Positions 17,519 to 26,806 are shown, counted from the first letter of the stretch. The stretch: 64,000 nucleotides of DNA from Verrucomicrobiota bacterium (GCA_049510395.1 JBEKYY010000001.1:665-64664), one strand, 5' to 3'. Notes: generated from the sequence alone by a model not told the origin. Made by a program: numbers and translations.

Positions 17519-19777
17519 TCAACGCCAGGACCACCCCCACTGCCGCAACAGAAAATATTCGTTGAAAGGCTGGTCATCAGTGATATGTATCTTGGGATTT
17601 GGGTTAAGGGGCAGCGGAACAATTTCACGGGACACCACTTTTCCGATATAAGTCTGGGCATTCTGGGAATTATTCCATTCCAGGAGATCTCTTTTGGCGC
17701 TTTCGGGCATCTTTGCCACGAGCTGATTCGCATCGAGTTGTTCGATGGGTTCTGAGGAAGCCAGCAAATGGACTCCCCATTTTTCGACCGATTGGAAGCC
17801 GCGCACATACGGGAATGATTCCTGGATGGATCTGGTGATGGCTTGTCCGGTAACCAGTCCGCCGCCCGGCGGAGACCACATCTGGAGGATGCCGCCGGGC
17901 TTCAAATGTTGTTTGGCCAGTTCATAGAATTCCTTGGAATAAAGCAGGCTGGAACCTGCCACCTCCACCGGCGGCGACGGATCAACCACAATAACGTCAA
18001 ATTTTTTTGAGGTGCGTTTGAGATAACGCCGCCCGTCGTCAATGATGATATGCCCGTTGGGGTCATTGATGAAGCGTGCGGCGTCGGCATGATAAAATCC
18101 AAAAGCTTTCGTCACGTTGGGCACCAATTCCACTGTGGTCGTATCCAGGTTCCAGCTCAAGGCTGAGCGATAGCTGGTGCCCATGCCGAAACAAATAACC
18201 AGAGCCGATTCAGGCCGTCCTTGATGAAATGCCAACGGCAGATGCACCATGAATTTGGTGACCGGGGTGAGCCGGGTCATGCCCAGCCCGTTGACCAAAA
18301 GCACCTTTTGCTTCCGCGGATCGGCGGAAATGACGGAAGCCGCATAGTCTCGCCGCACCTCAATACGACTGGAATAACTCGACACCACGTCCTGAAAGTC
18401 GTTGGCAAAAAACAGTGAACCGACCAGAACCGCACTGGCCGCCAGCCCCGATCCCAAGCGTTGCCATACGGACAGGGAGCTCCAGCCAAGGAGATAAAAC
18501 ACAAAAAACGGCAGGCTGAGGAGGATTAATGCGTGTCGTTCACCGATCCAAGGCAACAAAACGTAAGAGGCGAAGATCGGTCCCAGAATGCAACCGAGGA
18601 CATTGACCGCATAAGCCTTCCCGGCAACCGCCGGATCGCCGGCGGCGTATTCGTCAATCAAACGCGGAGTCAAATATCCCAGAACCGCACAGAACGGGCA
18701 AATGCTGGCCAGCACAATGATCACGCTGACCGCATCGATGGAATACACCCAGTCACTTTTTACGAGCCGGGGATCATTGGCCAGAATGGGGAGAAAAACC
18801 GTGACCACCAGAAGACTCATCAACCTGGCTGTCGGCCAGGGTGATTTTTGTTTGAGATGGTGGCGATACCACCAGGAGCCGAGAAAAGTGGCGCCCAGAT
18901 AGGCAAAAACGACCGAAGCAAAGGAATAGACCTGTGTTTTTAAAACCGGCGCGAACACGCGGATCCAAACCACTTCCATGGCCATCGCGCCAAATCCGGT
19001 TGAAAACAAAATCCATTTAATGAGCTGGCGGCGGGTATTGCCAGATGCGGACAAGTCGCCTGGCCCGGCTGAACGCTCCGCTTCCGTCAAAGCCATGGCT
19101 TCGAAACCTCGTTGCTTCCAGCCCAGATAAGCACCGATGACGGCAATGGTGAAATTGCCTGTGGCAGCCACCCAAAGCGTATGGCGAAACCCCATCAGTT
19201 CCACCAGAACCACGGCCGTCAAAAAAGTTCCGCTCATCGCGCCCAGCACGTTGGCCAGATAGAGAAAGCTGAAACTTTTCGTGTTTTTACAATCCCGCTC
19301 CCGGACGTAAGCCATCATCAAGGGAAAAGTTGCGCCCATGCACACACACCACGGCAGGATGGCAATGGCCAGAACCAGGGCCGACAGAAACAAATAGCGG
19401 AAGGAATCCATCTCGCCGGTTCCCAGCAAAAGGTGTTCGCCGATGGCAAACAGGTGCGGAACGGCAAACGCCCCCAACCCGATCACCAATTCAGCCCCGG
19501 CATAAAAGAGAACAGCGGAATGGCCGGTTTTTTTTACAAACAAACGAATCAAACGCCCCCCCGCCCATGAACCGACGGCTAGTCCCAGCATGAAAACCGA
19601 CAAAACCACAGACAGCACCGGAGTGATTATCCCAAACGAGGCAAAGGCCATTCGCGTCCAAACCACTTGATAGACGAGGCTGCAAAAGCCGGACAAAAAA
19701 AACAGGGAGAACAAAACCCGGCGCGTGCATTGATTCATTGCATCCGTTGATTTACCCATCAGGCCAGGTTTAGACAA
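17519..19777 (-). CDS. Fused multi-TM / spermidine-synthase-like protein, tandem copy 2
   Basis: 752 aa and colinear with 15049-17271. The start may be the internal MNQCTRRVLF. Confidence 0.75.
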   Translation of the reverse strand: MSKPGLMGKSTDAMNQCTRRVLFSLFFLSGFCSLVYQVVWTRMAFASFGIITPVLSVVLSVFMLGLAVGSWAGGRLIRLFVKKTGHSAVLFYAGAELVIGLGAFAVPHLFAIGEHLLLGTGEMDSFRYLFLSALVLAIAILPWCVCMGATFPLMMAYVRERDCKNTKSFSFLYLANVLGAMSGTFLTAVVLVELMGFRHTLWVAATGNFTIAVIGAYLGWKQRGFEAMALTEAERSAGPGDLSASGNTRRQLIKWILFSTGFGAMAMEVVWIRVFAPVLKTQVYSFASVVFAYLGATFLGSWWYRHHLKQKSPWPTARLMSLLVVTVFLPILANDPRLVKSDWVYSIDAVSVIIVLASICPFCAVLGYLTPRLIDEYAAGDPAVAGKAYAVNVLGCILGPIFASYVLLPWIGERHALILLSLPFFVFYLLGWSSLSVWQRLGSGLAASAVLVGSLFFANDFQDVVSSYSSRIEVRRDYAASVISADPRKQKVLLVNGLGMTRLTPVTKFMVHLPLAFHQGRPESALVICFGMGTSYRSALSWNLDTTTVELVPNVTKAFGFYHADAARFINDPNGHIIIDDGRRYLKRTSKKFDVIVVDPSPPVEVAGSSLLYSKEFYELAKQHLKPGGILQMWSPPGGGLVTGQAITRSIQESFPYVRGFQSVEKWGVHLLASSEPIEQLDANQLVAKMPESAKRDLLEWNNSQNAQTYIGKVVSREIVPLPLNPNPKIHITDDQPFNEYFLLRQWGWSWR

Positions 19778-19805
19778 GTTTCAATCCTTCCAATAACACA
19801 GGCCA

Positions 19806-20717
19806 TTATTCAGCAAACAGCGCCTGCGCGAATTGTTTCGCGTCGAAGGGCTGTAAGTCATCCGGCTGCTCGCCGAGGCCGATGAACTTGATCGGCAGGC
19901 CGAGTTCCTTCTGGATGGCCACCACCATGCCGCCTTTGCTCGTGCCGTCGAGCTTGGTCACCACCAGCCCAGTGAGCGGCACAGCCTTGTTGAACTCGCG
20001 CGCTTGGTTGAGCGCATTCATACCGGTGGTGGCATCGAGCACGAGCAGGACTTCGTGCGGCGCACCCGGTAGTTGCCTGCCGATGACGCGGTGCAGCTTC
20101 TGTAATTCCTGCATCAGGTTGTGCTTGGTGTGCAATCGCCCGGCCGTGTCTATGAACAGGTAATCCACCTTGCGCGCCTGCGCGGCGGCGACGGCATCGT
20201 GCGCCACCGACGCGGCGTCCGCGCCGTAAGCACCGGCGATGACTTCAACCTTCAACCGATGTCCCCACAGTTTAATTTGCTCGATGGCGGCGGCGCGGAA
20301 AGTGTCGCACGCGGCCAGCAACGCGGTTTTTTTCTGCGCCTGAACCAAATGCGCGAGCTTGGCGGCCGTGGTGGTTTTGCCCGTGCCGTTGACGCCGACC
20401 ACGGAAACCACCGTGGGGCCGTGCGCGGCCTTGATCAAATCCGTCTTGTTCGAGCCAAGACTTTTCTCCACTTCGGCACGGGCGATGGCGAAAACATCGA
20501 GGCCCGTGCCGCCCTGGGTTTCGTAGGCGTGCTTCACGGCGGCGACAATTTGCGCGGTCACGGCCAGGCCGAGGTCGGCGGCGATGAGCGCGGCTTCAAG
20601 CTCCTCGAGCGATGCCGCATCGAGCTTGGGCGAACGCGTGACGATGCGTTTGATTTCGTGTGCCAGCTTGCCGTGGGTTTTTTGCAGGCCGGCTTTGAAT
20701 TTGGCGAAGAGGCCCAT
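19806..20717 (-). CDS. ftsY: Signal recognition particle receptor FtsY
   Basis: It has the GTPase motifs GVNGTGKTTT, DTAGR and TKLD. Confidence 0.9.
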   Translation of the reverse strand: MGLFAKFKAGLQKTHGKLAHEIKRIVTRSPKLDAASLEELEAALIAADLGLAVTAQIVAAVKHAYETQGGTGLDVFAIARAEVEKSLGSNKTDLIKAAHGPTVVSVVGVNGTGKTTTAAKLAHLVQAQKKTALLAACDTFRAAAIEQIKLWGHRLKVEVIAGAYGADAASVAHDAVAAAQARKVDYLFIDTAGRLHTKHNLMQELQKLHRVIGRQLPGAPHEVLLVLDATTGMNALNQAREFNKAVPLTGLVVTKLDGTSKGGMVVAIQKELGLPIKFIGLGEQPDDLQPFDAKQFAQALFAE

Positions 20718-20720
20718 GAG

Positions 20721-21587
20721 TTAATGCGGAGTGCGGAGTGCGGAGTGCGGAATTTCTGCCCTCGACCCTCGACTCTCGGCCTTCGACTTGAGCTTTTCCA
20801 CGTGTTCGTAGGGCAGTTTGATGGTGCCGATAAGCGGTTTGCCTTTGCTGAAGCCGTGGCAATCGGAGCCGCCCGTCACGAGCAGATTAAATTTGTCGGC
20901 AATTTCCAGATAGCGCTCGGCGGTTTTGGTCGAGTGCTTGGTGTGAAAACATTCGATGCCGTCCAATCCGGCGTCCACCAGCCCGGGAATGATTTCGTCG
21001 GTGCGGTTCAAACCGGGATGCGCCATCACCGCAAGGCCGCCGGCCTGGTGAATCAATTCGACGCCTTCCCGTGCGGACATCTTGGCTTTCGGCACCCACG
21101 CCGGACGATTTTTTTTGAGAAAACGCTCGAACGCCTCATCGGGCGTTTTGCAAAGTCCGGCCTTCACCAGCGCGCGCGCGACGTGCGGTCGGCCGGGTGA
21201 TTTGCAATTGGCCAGCGTAAAAACGGTCTCGGCTTCGAGCGGCACGTTCAATTGATTGAGCCGCACCACCATTTCGCGGATGCGGTTTTGGCGGACGGCC
21301 TGAAACCGGGCGATTTCCAGAAGCAGTTTTTTGTTCTGCGTATCCACGAAATAACCGAGGAGATGAACCTCGATGTTGTCTTGCTCGGCGGTGAGTTCCG
21401 TGCCGGTGATAAATTCAATGCCTGCCGCGCCGCAAGCCGCCGCCATGGGTGCGCAACCCTCGACCGAATCATGATCCGTCAGCGCCATCGCCGCGAAGCC
21501 GAGCCGCTGGCCGCGCCCCGCCAATTCCTCCGGCGAAAAGGTGCCGTCGGAAAAATGCGTGTGCAGATGTAAATCCGCGAATTTCAT
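20721..21587 (-). CDS. PHP-family metal-dependent phosphoesterase (TrpH/YciV-like)
   Basis: The N-terminus contains DLHLHTHFSDG. The C-terminal tail is encoded by simple repeats. Confidence 0.75.
   Translation of the reverse strand: MKFADLHLHTHFSDGTFSPEELAGRGQRLGFAAMALTDHDSVEGCAPMAAACGAAGIEFITGTELTAEQDNIEVHLLGYFVDTQNKKLLLEIARFQAVRQNRIREMVVRLNQLNVPLEAETVFTLANCKSPGRPHVARALVKAGLCKTPDEAFERFLKKNRPAWVPKAKMSAREGVELIHQAGGLAVMAHPGLNRTDEIIPGLVDAGLDGIECFHTKHSTKTAERYLEIADKFNLLVTGGSDCHGFSKGKPLIGTIKLPYEHVEKLKSKAESRGSRAEIPHSALRTPH
20726..20750. repeat. Tandem heptamer (GCGGAGT) x3.5
   Basis: The sequence is gcggagtgcggagtgcggagtgcgg, followed by a tcgac-rich stretch (20761-20790). Both are translated as the PHP protein tail ...SRGSRAEIPHSALRTPHSALRTPH. 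Confidence 0.8.
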
Positions 21588-21601
21588 CAGTTGACTTTGG
21601 A

Positions 21602-22102
21602 CTACTTGACGATCCTCGCCGGTCGCATCAACTCGCTGCGCACCTTGTCGAGAATGCCGTTGACGAATTTGCCGCTGTCCTGCGTGGAAAATTTTTTGGC
21701 GATGTCCACCGCTTCGTTGATGCTGACAATGGGCGGGATGTCCTCGCGGAACAGCATCTCATAAATCGCCAGCCGCATGATGTTGCGGTCCACCGCGGCG
21801 ATGCGATGGAACTCCCAGTTCTTCGCATGCTTTTTGATGTGGTCATCTATCGCGTCGCGATGCTCCAGGGCGCCGCGAATCAGTGGATCGGCGAACAGAC
21901 GCATTTCGACCTCCCCGGCGGTGAGCGGCGGCAGTTCGACCGGCTGGCCCCACGTCGCCGGGCCTTTTTCCCCGGCGATGGCCGCCGCGCGCTGCGTGTC
22001 CCAGAATTCATTGAGCGCCCGGTCCAGGTTCTCCGGCGGGTTCAAATCGTGCTGGAACAAAAATTGCACGGCGCGTTCGCGCGCTTCACGGCGTTTGCCC
22101 AT
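21602..22102 (-). CDS. nusB: Transcription antitermination factor NusB
   Basis: RREARERAVQFLFQ at the N-terminus and a NusB-like C-terminal region. Confidence 0.85.
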   Translation of the reverse strand: MGKRREARERAVQFLFQHDLNPPENLDRALNEFWDTQRAAAIAGEKGPATWGQPVELPPLTAGEVEMRLFADPLIRGALEHRDAIDDHIKKHAKNWEFHRIAAVDRNIMRLAIYEMLFREDIPPIVSINEAVDIAKKFSTQDSGKFVNGILDKVRSELMRPARIVK

Positions 22103-22423
22103 AATTCAAATCCATCATGTCGCAGAATCACCGGTGGGGAAATGAAAAACTGTGCAGGTAATGGCAGACCAGGCCTCCAGCCTGTATGTTGGTCCGATCC
22201 CCCAAACGAGGCGCTGGAACTGCTTTCCAAAATTGATCCATCACCGGGGGAAAATAGATTGACTTCCCTTGATTTGGTGATAGAGGGTCAAAGTCTTCTC
22301 CCGATCAGGTGACTGTTGGTTCGCGGTTGCGGCTGTTTCGAACCACGCACCTTCTCGCCCGACCGCGGAGGAACGGCCAGTCAAAGCCGTTCGTGAAAAC
22401 AAAATATAACCAAAGGCTCTGTT

Positions 22424-23503
22424 ATGAAAATGCGACTTTTTTCCATTCTGTGTTTGATCCTAACCGTGGCGAGTGGTTGGGCGAATATTATTCAAGTGGC
22501 CATTCCAGGCAGCGTTTGGTGTCTGGTTGAAAATCCGCTCGACGCCGCCGGCGGCAATAATCTGATCAACGTCTTCGGCGCCCAACTGCCGGATGGCACG
22601 GTGCTCCACTTTTGGGCCTGTTCCGATGCGGATCCCGTTACCAATACGTGGCAATTTACTGAAAGCGGATTCGACGCAATTTATGATTCGGAGGGGGGCA
22701 TGGATCCTCCGGCTCTAAGTTGGTGGAACGCCAATTTTGCTCCACTTGTTCCACCCCCCAACCTCGTTTTTGTGAATCCTAGCGAAGGGGTGTTCATTTT
22801 CAGCCCGGTTGCATTCGTGTTGAACTTCAACGGTAATGACCACGTCCCGGTTTTGCCGGCGGCCTTGCCTTGCCAGTGTGGACACTACAATCTGCTGTCC
22901 CCTCAAGCAATCGTCGGAGCCTTCACCCTTTATGAGAATGTCACCGGCTTGGCGCCGGCGGAGGGCGCTCAGGTGCTTATCTGGAACCCTTTTTCTGCAA
23001 ATTTCGCGCGTTACACTTATTCAGGAGGCGCTTGGTCGCCAAACACGCCGACTTTTCCCTTAGGAATGGCCGCCTATTTTCTCGTGCCGTGCAATGCGGG
23101 TTGTATCAATTTTCCGACCCCGCCTGACCTTGTGGTTTCGTCGTGTTCAAACACCCCCGTGTTTTATGCGCCCACAGCCTCGTCCACCTGTTGCGGCGGC
23201 GCTGTCGCGGTCGTCTGCACGCCGCCGTCGGGCAGCGTCTTTGCGCTGGGAACAACGACGCCGGTTCATTGTGTGGCGACCGACGGCAACGGCAACAGCG
23301 CCAGTCGTGATTTTACCGTCACGGTGCAGGGACCGGTGCTGACAATCACCCCCACGATTACCATCACTTGGACGGGCGGAGGCGTCCTGCAAGAGGCAGA
23401 TCAACTAAACGGCCCTTGGACAGACGTACCCAGCGGGGATGTCTCGCCTTGCACCCTGCCAGCGGGTGCGGCAGCGAAGTTCTATCGTGTGCGATGCAAT
23501 TAG
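22424..23503 (+). CDS. Secreted protein with an HYR-like Ig domain and a C-terminal W...LQ...FYR module
   Basis: It has the signal peptide MKMRLFSILCLILTVASGWA and an HYR-like segment CTPPSGSVFALGTTTPVHCVATDGNGNSASRDFTVTV. Confidence 0.6.
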   Translation: MKMRLFSILCLILTVASGWANIIQVAIPGSVWCLVENPLDAAGGNNLINVFGAQLPDGTVLHFWACSDADPVTNTWQFTESGFDAIYDSEGGMDPPALSWWNANFAPLVPPPNLVFVNPSEGVFIFSPVAFVLNFNGNDHVPVLPAALPCQCGHYNLLSPQAIVGAFTLYENVTGLAPAEGAQVLIWNPFSANFARYTYSGGAWSPNTPTFPLGMAAYFLVPCNAGCINFPTPPDLVVSSCSNTPVFYAPTASSTCCGGAVAVVCTPPSGSVFALGTTTPVHCVATDGNGNSASRDFTVTVQGPVLTITPTITITWTGGGVLQEADQLNGPWTDVPSGDVSPCTLPAGAAAKFYRVRCN

Positions 23504-23600
23504 TCGGTTCTTGCCGGTCGGACTTTCGAATTCTCGCGCGTGACGGGGTCGGAGAAACTCCAGCCGGGAAATGAAAAACTGCCAAGGAAGTCTAGAGTTC

Positions 23601-23666
23601 AAAGTCCAAGGCCCAAAGTCAACTGCTCGGACGCTTCTTTGGACATTGGACTTTGGACCTTGGACT
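23601..23666. repeat. Inverted GTCCAAGG/CCAAAGTC repeat
   Basis: AAAGTCCAAGGCCCAAAGTC ... GGACTTTGGACCTTGGACT. A related AAGTCCAAAGTCC motif occurs at 38061-38124. Confidence 0.7.
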
Positions 23667-23680
23667 GATAAATTTCACGC

Positions 23681-24076
23681 ATGAGCAAGGTCACAAAACT
23701 GCTGCACACGCGCTACCGCGTGAATGATTTGGAACGCACGATCAAGTTTTATCGCGACGTGCTCGGCCTCGAGGAAATCAAGCGGCACAAATCGCCGCGC
23801 GGCTCGGAACTGGTGTTTCTCAAAGCCCCCGAAAGCGACGAGCAGATTGAAATTTGCAGTTTCCCGGCCAGCGGCCCGGTGTCGGTGCAACCCGACCTCA
23901 CGCATCTGGCGTTCGAGGTGGACAGCCTCGAGGAATTCGGCCGACACCTTGCCAAACACGGCTTGAAATATTCCGACGGCCCGACCACCGCTTCCACCGG
24001 AACCGTGTTCGCGTTCATTGACGCGCCGGAAGGTTACGAAATCGAGCTGATTCAAAAGGGCAGGGGCAGTTACTGA
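23681..24076 (+). CDS. gloA: VOC-family lactoylglutathione lyase-like protein
   Basis: LLHTRYRVNDLERTIKFYRDVLGL and the C-terminal GYEIELIQ resemble glyoxalase I. 131 aa. Confidence 0.6.
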   Translation: MSKVTKLLHTRYRVNDLERTIKFYRDVLGLEEIKRHKSPRGSELVFLKAPESDEQIEICSFPASGPVSVQPDLTHLAFEVDSLEEFGRHLAKHGLKYSDGPTTASTGTVFAFIDAPEGYEIELIQKGRGSY

Positions 24077-24130
24077 ATTACTGTGCGACCCCAAATTATT
24101 TCAACTGTGAATTATAATTGCTGCCGTCAG

Positions 24131-24186
24131 GTAGGGCTCGCTCTCCGAGCGGGCCGCAGCGGCGCGCTGGGGACAGCGCGCCCTAC
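24131..24186. repeat. GTAGGGC...GCCCTAC palindromic element
   Basis: GTAGGGCTCGCTCTCCGAGCGGGCCGC a GCGGCGCGCTGGGGACAGCGCGCCCTAC. It has the same architecture as 36866-36943. Confidence 0.75.
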
Positions 24187-24198
24187 CAACTTATTGCC

Positions 24199-25098
24199 AT
24201 GAGCGTTCTTATTGTCGGTTCAACGGCGCTGGATTCCATCAAAACTCCCAACGCGGAAAATCCGCGGCTGCTCGGCGGCTCGGCCAGCCACGCCGCCGTG
24301 GCCGCGAGCTTTTTCAGCCCGGTAAAATTGATCGGCGTCGTCGGCGAGGATTTTCCGAAGCAATACCTTCAACTTTACCGGCGGCACAGGATTGACCTCG
24401 CCGGTTTGCAGATTCTGCCCGGCAAAACTTTCCATTGGTCGGGCGAATACGAGGCGAACATGAACAACCGCCGCACGCTGCTCACCGAACTGGGCGTGTT
24501 CGAGACCTTCACGCCGACGCTGCCCAAGGCGCATCAGGACACGCCGTTTGTGCTGCTGGCGAATATCGCGCCCGCACTCCAGCATCACGTGCTCGACCAG
24601 ATGCGCCGCCCGAAATTTGTGGTGGCCGACACGATGGACCTGTGGCTGAACATCGCGCTGCCGGATTTGCTGAAATTGCTGCCGCGTCTGGACGGCTTCG
24701 TGCTCAACGACAGCGAAGCTCACCAGTTGACCAAGGAAGACAACGTCTTCACCGCCATAAAAAAAATCCACAAGCTCGGCCCGAAATACGTCATCATCAA
24801 AAAGGGATCGCACGGCTCGATTTTGTCCGGGCCGCGCGGCTATTTCATCTGCCCGGCGTATCCGTTGTCCGAGGTGGTGGACCCGACCGGTGCGGGCGAT
24901 TCATTCGTAGGCGGCCTGATGGGTTATCTCGCCGCCGCGAAAGGCTCGATTGATCCGAACATCCGGCGCGCGATGATTTACGGCAGCGTCACGGCCTCGT
25001 TCTGCTGCGAAGGCTTCGGCCTGACCCGCACCACCAAAATCAAACGCGCCGACATTGACAGGCGCGTGAAGGAACTGGAAAAGCTGACGAAGTTTTAA
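24199..25098 (+). CDS. PfkB-family carbohydrate/nucleoside kinase
   Basis: I moved the start to ATG 24199 (MSVLIVGSTALD), because the ORF-track extension from 24118 is encoded by the repeat. The C-terminal region carries the motif DPTGAGDSF. Confidence 0.75.
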   Translation: MSVLIVGSTALDSIKTPNAENPRLLGGSASHAAVAASFFSPVKLIGVVGEDFPKQYLQLYRRHRIDLAGLQILPGKTFHWSGEYEANMNNRRTLLTELGVFETFTPTLPKAHQDTPFVLLANIAPALQHHVLDQMRRPKFVVADTMDLWLNIALPDLLKLLPRLDGFVLNDSEAHQLTKEDNVFTAIKKIHKLGPKYVIIKKGSHGSILSGPRGYFICPAYPLSEVVDPTGAGDSFVGGLMGYLAAAKGSIDPNIRRAMIYGSVTASFCCEGFGLTRTTKIKRADIDRRVKELEKLTKF

Positions 25099-25110
25099 AA
25101 GACTGCGGGC

Positions 25111-25992
25111 ATGACCATTGAGCAAAAATCTGAACTCAATCGGTTTGTTGACCCGTCCATTCCGTTGACTTGGGATTATCGGTGGCGGCAATTTAAAATG
25201 ATACTGCCGCCTTTGATTTTTTTTGGGGTATGCCTTTTGGAAATGGGCATTGGGAAGGCTTGGCTTGCCGACAAACTCTCTTTCGATTTTATCCTTACTC
25301 TTTTCGGTGAATGTCTTGTCCTGCTTCTTTTTATCTTTGGGATGTTGGAAACTCAAATTCGAATCGGGCAACGCTCAAAACGGGTTATCCAAATTGAGGA
25401 CAAGAAAATCAAAGTCAAACCTGCCAAAAACCAACTCATCCGCTGGAACAGAATTTCGAAGTTTCAATTTGAGCCCATTCCAGAAATGCCGGAATTGATG
25501 AAACTAAAGCTTTTTCTGCATGGTCGTCCAAACCAAAAGCTTTCAGAAAGAGCATTTTGGTCAATGGTGCTGGCACAACCTGAACAGGTGAAGGGGTTGG
25601 TCGAATGTCTGCAAAAACGGCAGATGGAAACACCGACCAATTACGAAGTCGAGGTTTTAGAAAAATCGCCTCCGCCTGAGCATCCAACACCGTTTCCGTA
25701 TCTCGGGTTGTCACTTTATTTAGGGGGATTTTACCTGTTGATTCATGGTCTGCCGTTGTTGCTGATCGGTTTGGCCAATAGAGGGCATCATTATTCTGAG
25801 GACGATTCGGATTTGACACTAAACCAAAAGGCAAAGTTGGGACGTTTTATTTTGAAACATTTTTCCAGTCTTGAAGAAATGCGATATTTCTTCATTGTAG
25901 CTGGTGGAGTTTTAATGCTTTTGGGTCTATGGCTTATGATTTGGGGATGGTTGTTAATGAACCGAAATAAGTCTCTAATACGAACCTCATGA
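25111..25992 (+). CDS. Hypothetical membrane protein (AT-rich gene)
   Basis: 293-aa ORF with hydrophobic segments at both ends and a soluble middle. No family recognised. Confidence 0.5.
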   Translation: MTIEQKSELNRFVDPSIPLTWDYRWRQFKMILPPLIFFGVCLLEMGIGKAWLADKLSFDFILTLFGECLVLLLFIFGMLETQIRIGQRSKRVIQIEDKKIKVKPAKNQLIRWNRISKFQFEPIPEMPELMKLKLFLHGRPNQKLSERAFWSMVLAQPEQVKGLVECLQKRQMETPTNYEVEVLEKSPPPEHPTPFPYLGLSLYLGGFYLLIHGLPLLLIGLANRGHHYSEDDSDLTLNQKAKLGRFILKHFSSLEEMRYFFIVAGGVLMLLGLWLMIWGWLLMNRNKSLIRTS

Positions 25993-26738
25993 AAGCAGTC
26001 ATTCTGGCCGCCGGCAAGGGCACGCGCATGCGGGAACTCACCAACGAGTTGCCCAAACCCATGCTCCGTGTGCAGGGCAAACCTATCCTCGAACACATCA
26101 TCGCCGGCATCGTCGCGGCGGGTGTCCGCGACATCTTCATCGTCACCGGCTGGCGCGCCGAGGTCGTTGAAAGCCATTTCGGCGACGGCAAAAAATGGAA
26201 CGCACGAATCGCGGTCGGTCGGCAGATCGTGCAGGACGGCACTGGCAGGGCGCCGGAACTGGCAAAGGATTTTATCGGCGACTCGCCGTTTTTGCTGACT
26301 TACGGCGACATTCTGGTTCCGCCCGAAACGTATCCGCACATGCTGCGGCGCTTCGGCGAAGGCGATTTTGCCGGCGTCATCACCGTCACCCGCGGCGAGG
26401 ACGCGACCAAGGGCGGGCTGAATTTTTTCGACGAACAATTTTGCCTGAAACGGCTGGTGGAAAAACCGTCACGCAAACAACTGGAGCAGTTGCGTCGCGA
26501 CGGCTGGCTGAAGCCCGGCGCACCGGCCTGGTACAACGCGGGCATTTACATCTTCCGGCCGGCACTGTTCGATTTCACGGCGCGGCTGCAGAAATCGCCG
26601 CGCGGCGAATACGAATTGACCGATGCCATCAGCGCGATGGTTGCCGCCGGGCAGAAGCTGGCGGGACTGGAAATTCAAGGCCGCTGGGTGGACGTGCGCG
26701 ATCCGGAAGTGTTGGCAAGGTTAGAAAAAGGAATCTGA
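25989..26738 (+). CDS. Sugar-phosphate nucleotidyltransferase
   Basis: The N-terminus MKAVILAAGKGTRMRELT..PKPML is typical of the NTP_transferase family. Confidence 0.75.
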   Translation: MKAVILAAGKGTRMRELTNELPKPMLRVQGKPILEHIIAGIVAAGVRDIFIVTGWRAEVVESHFGDGKKWNARIAVGRQIVQDGTGRAPELAKDFIGDSPFLLTYGDILVPPETYPHMLRRFGEGDFAGVITVTRGEDATKGGLNFFDEQFCLKRLVEKPSRKQLEQLRRDGWLKPGAPAWYNAGIYIFRPALFDFTARLQKSPRGEYELTDAISAMVAAGQKLAGLEIQGRWVDVRDPEVLARLEKGI

Positions 26739-26806
26739 CTCACGCAAAGCCGCAAAGGCGCGAAGAAAAACAAAAACTTTGCGGGCTTTGCACCTCTGCG
26801 TGAGCT

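Noticed and set aside
22137-23581. An identical 16-mer GGGAAATGAAAAACTG at 22137-22152 and 23566-23581, in direct orientation, flanking the HYR-domain gene.
   Set aside because: On a rough estimate, about one exact 16-mer repeat is expected by chance in a 64-kb window when both strands are counted. The similarity does not extend beyond ~17 nt. It is not enough to call a cassette boundary or regulatory motif.
24118-24198. N-terminal extensions of the kinase (from 24118) and of the alcohol dehydrogenase (36852-36914) as given in the ORF track.
   Set aside because: The extra codons are encoded by the GTAGGGC...GCCCTAC palindromic repeats. Canonical family N-termini begin at the internal ATGs (24199 and 36851).
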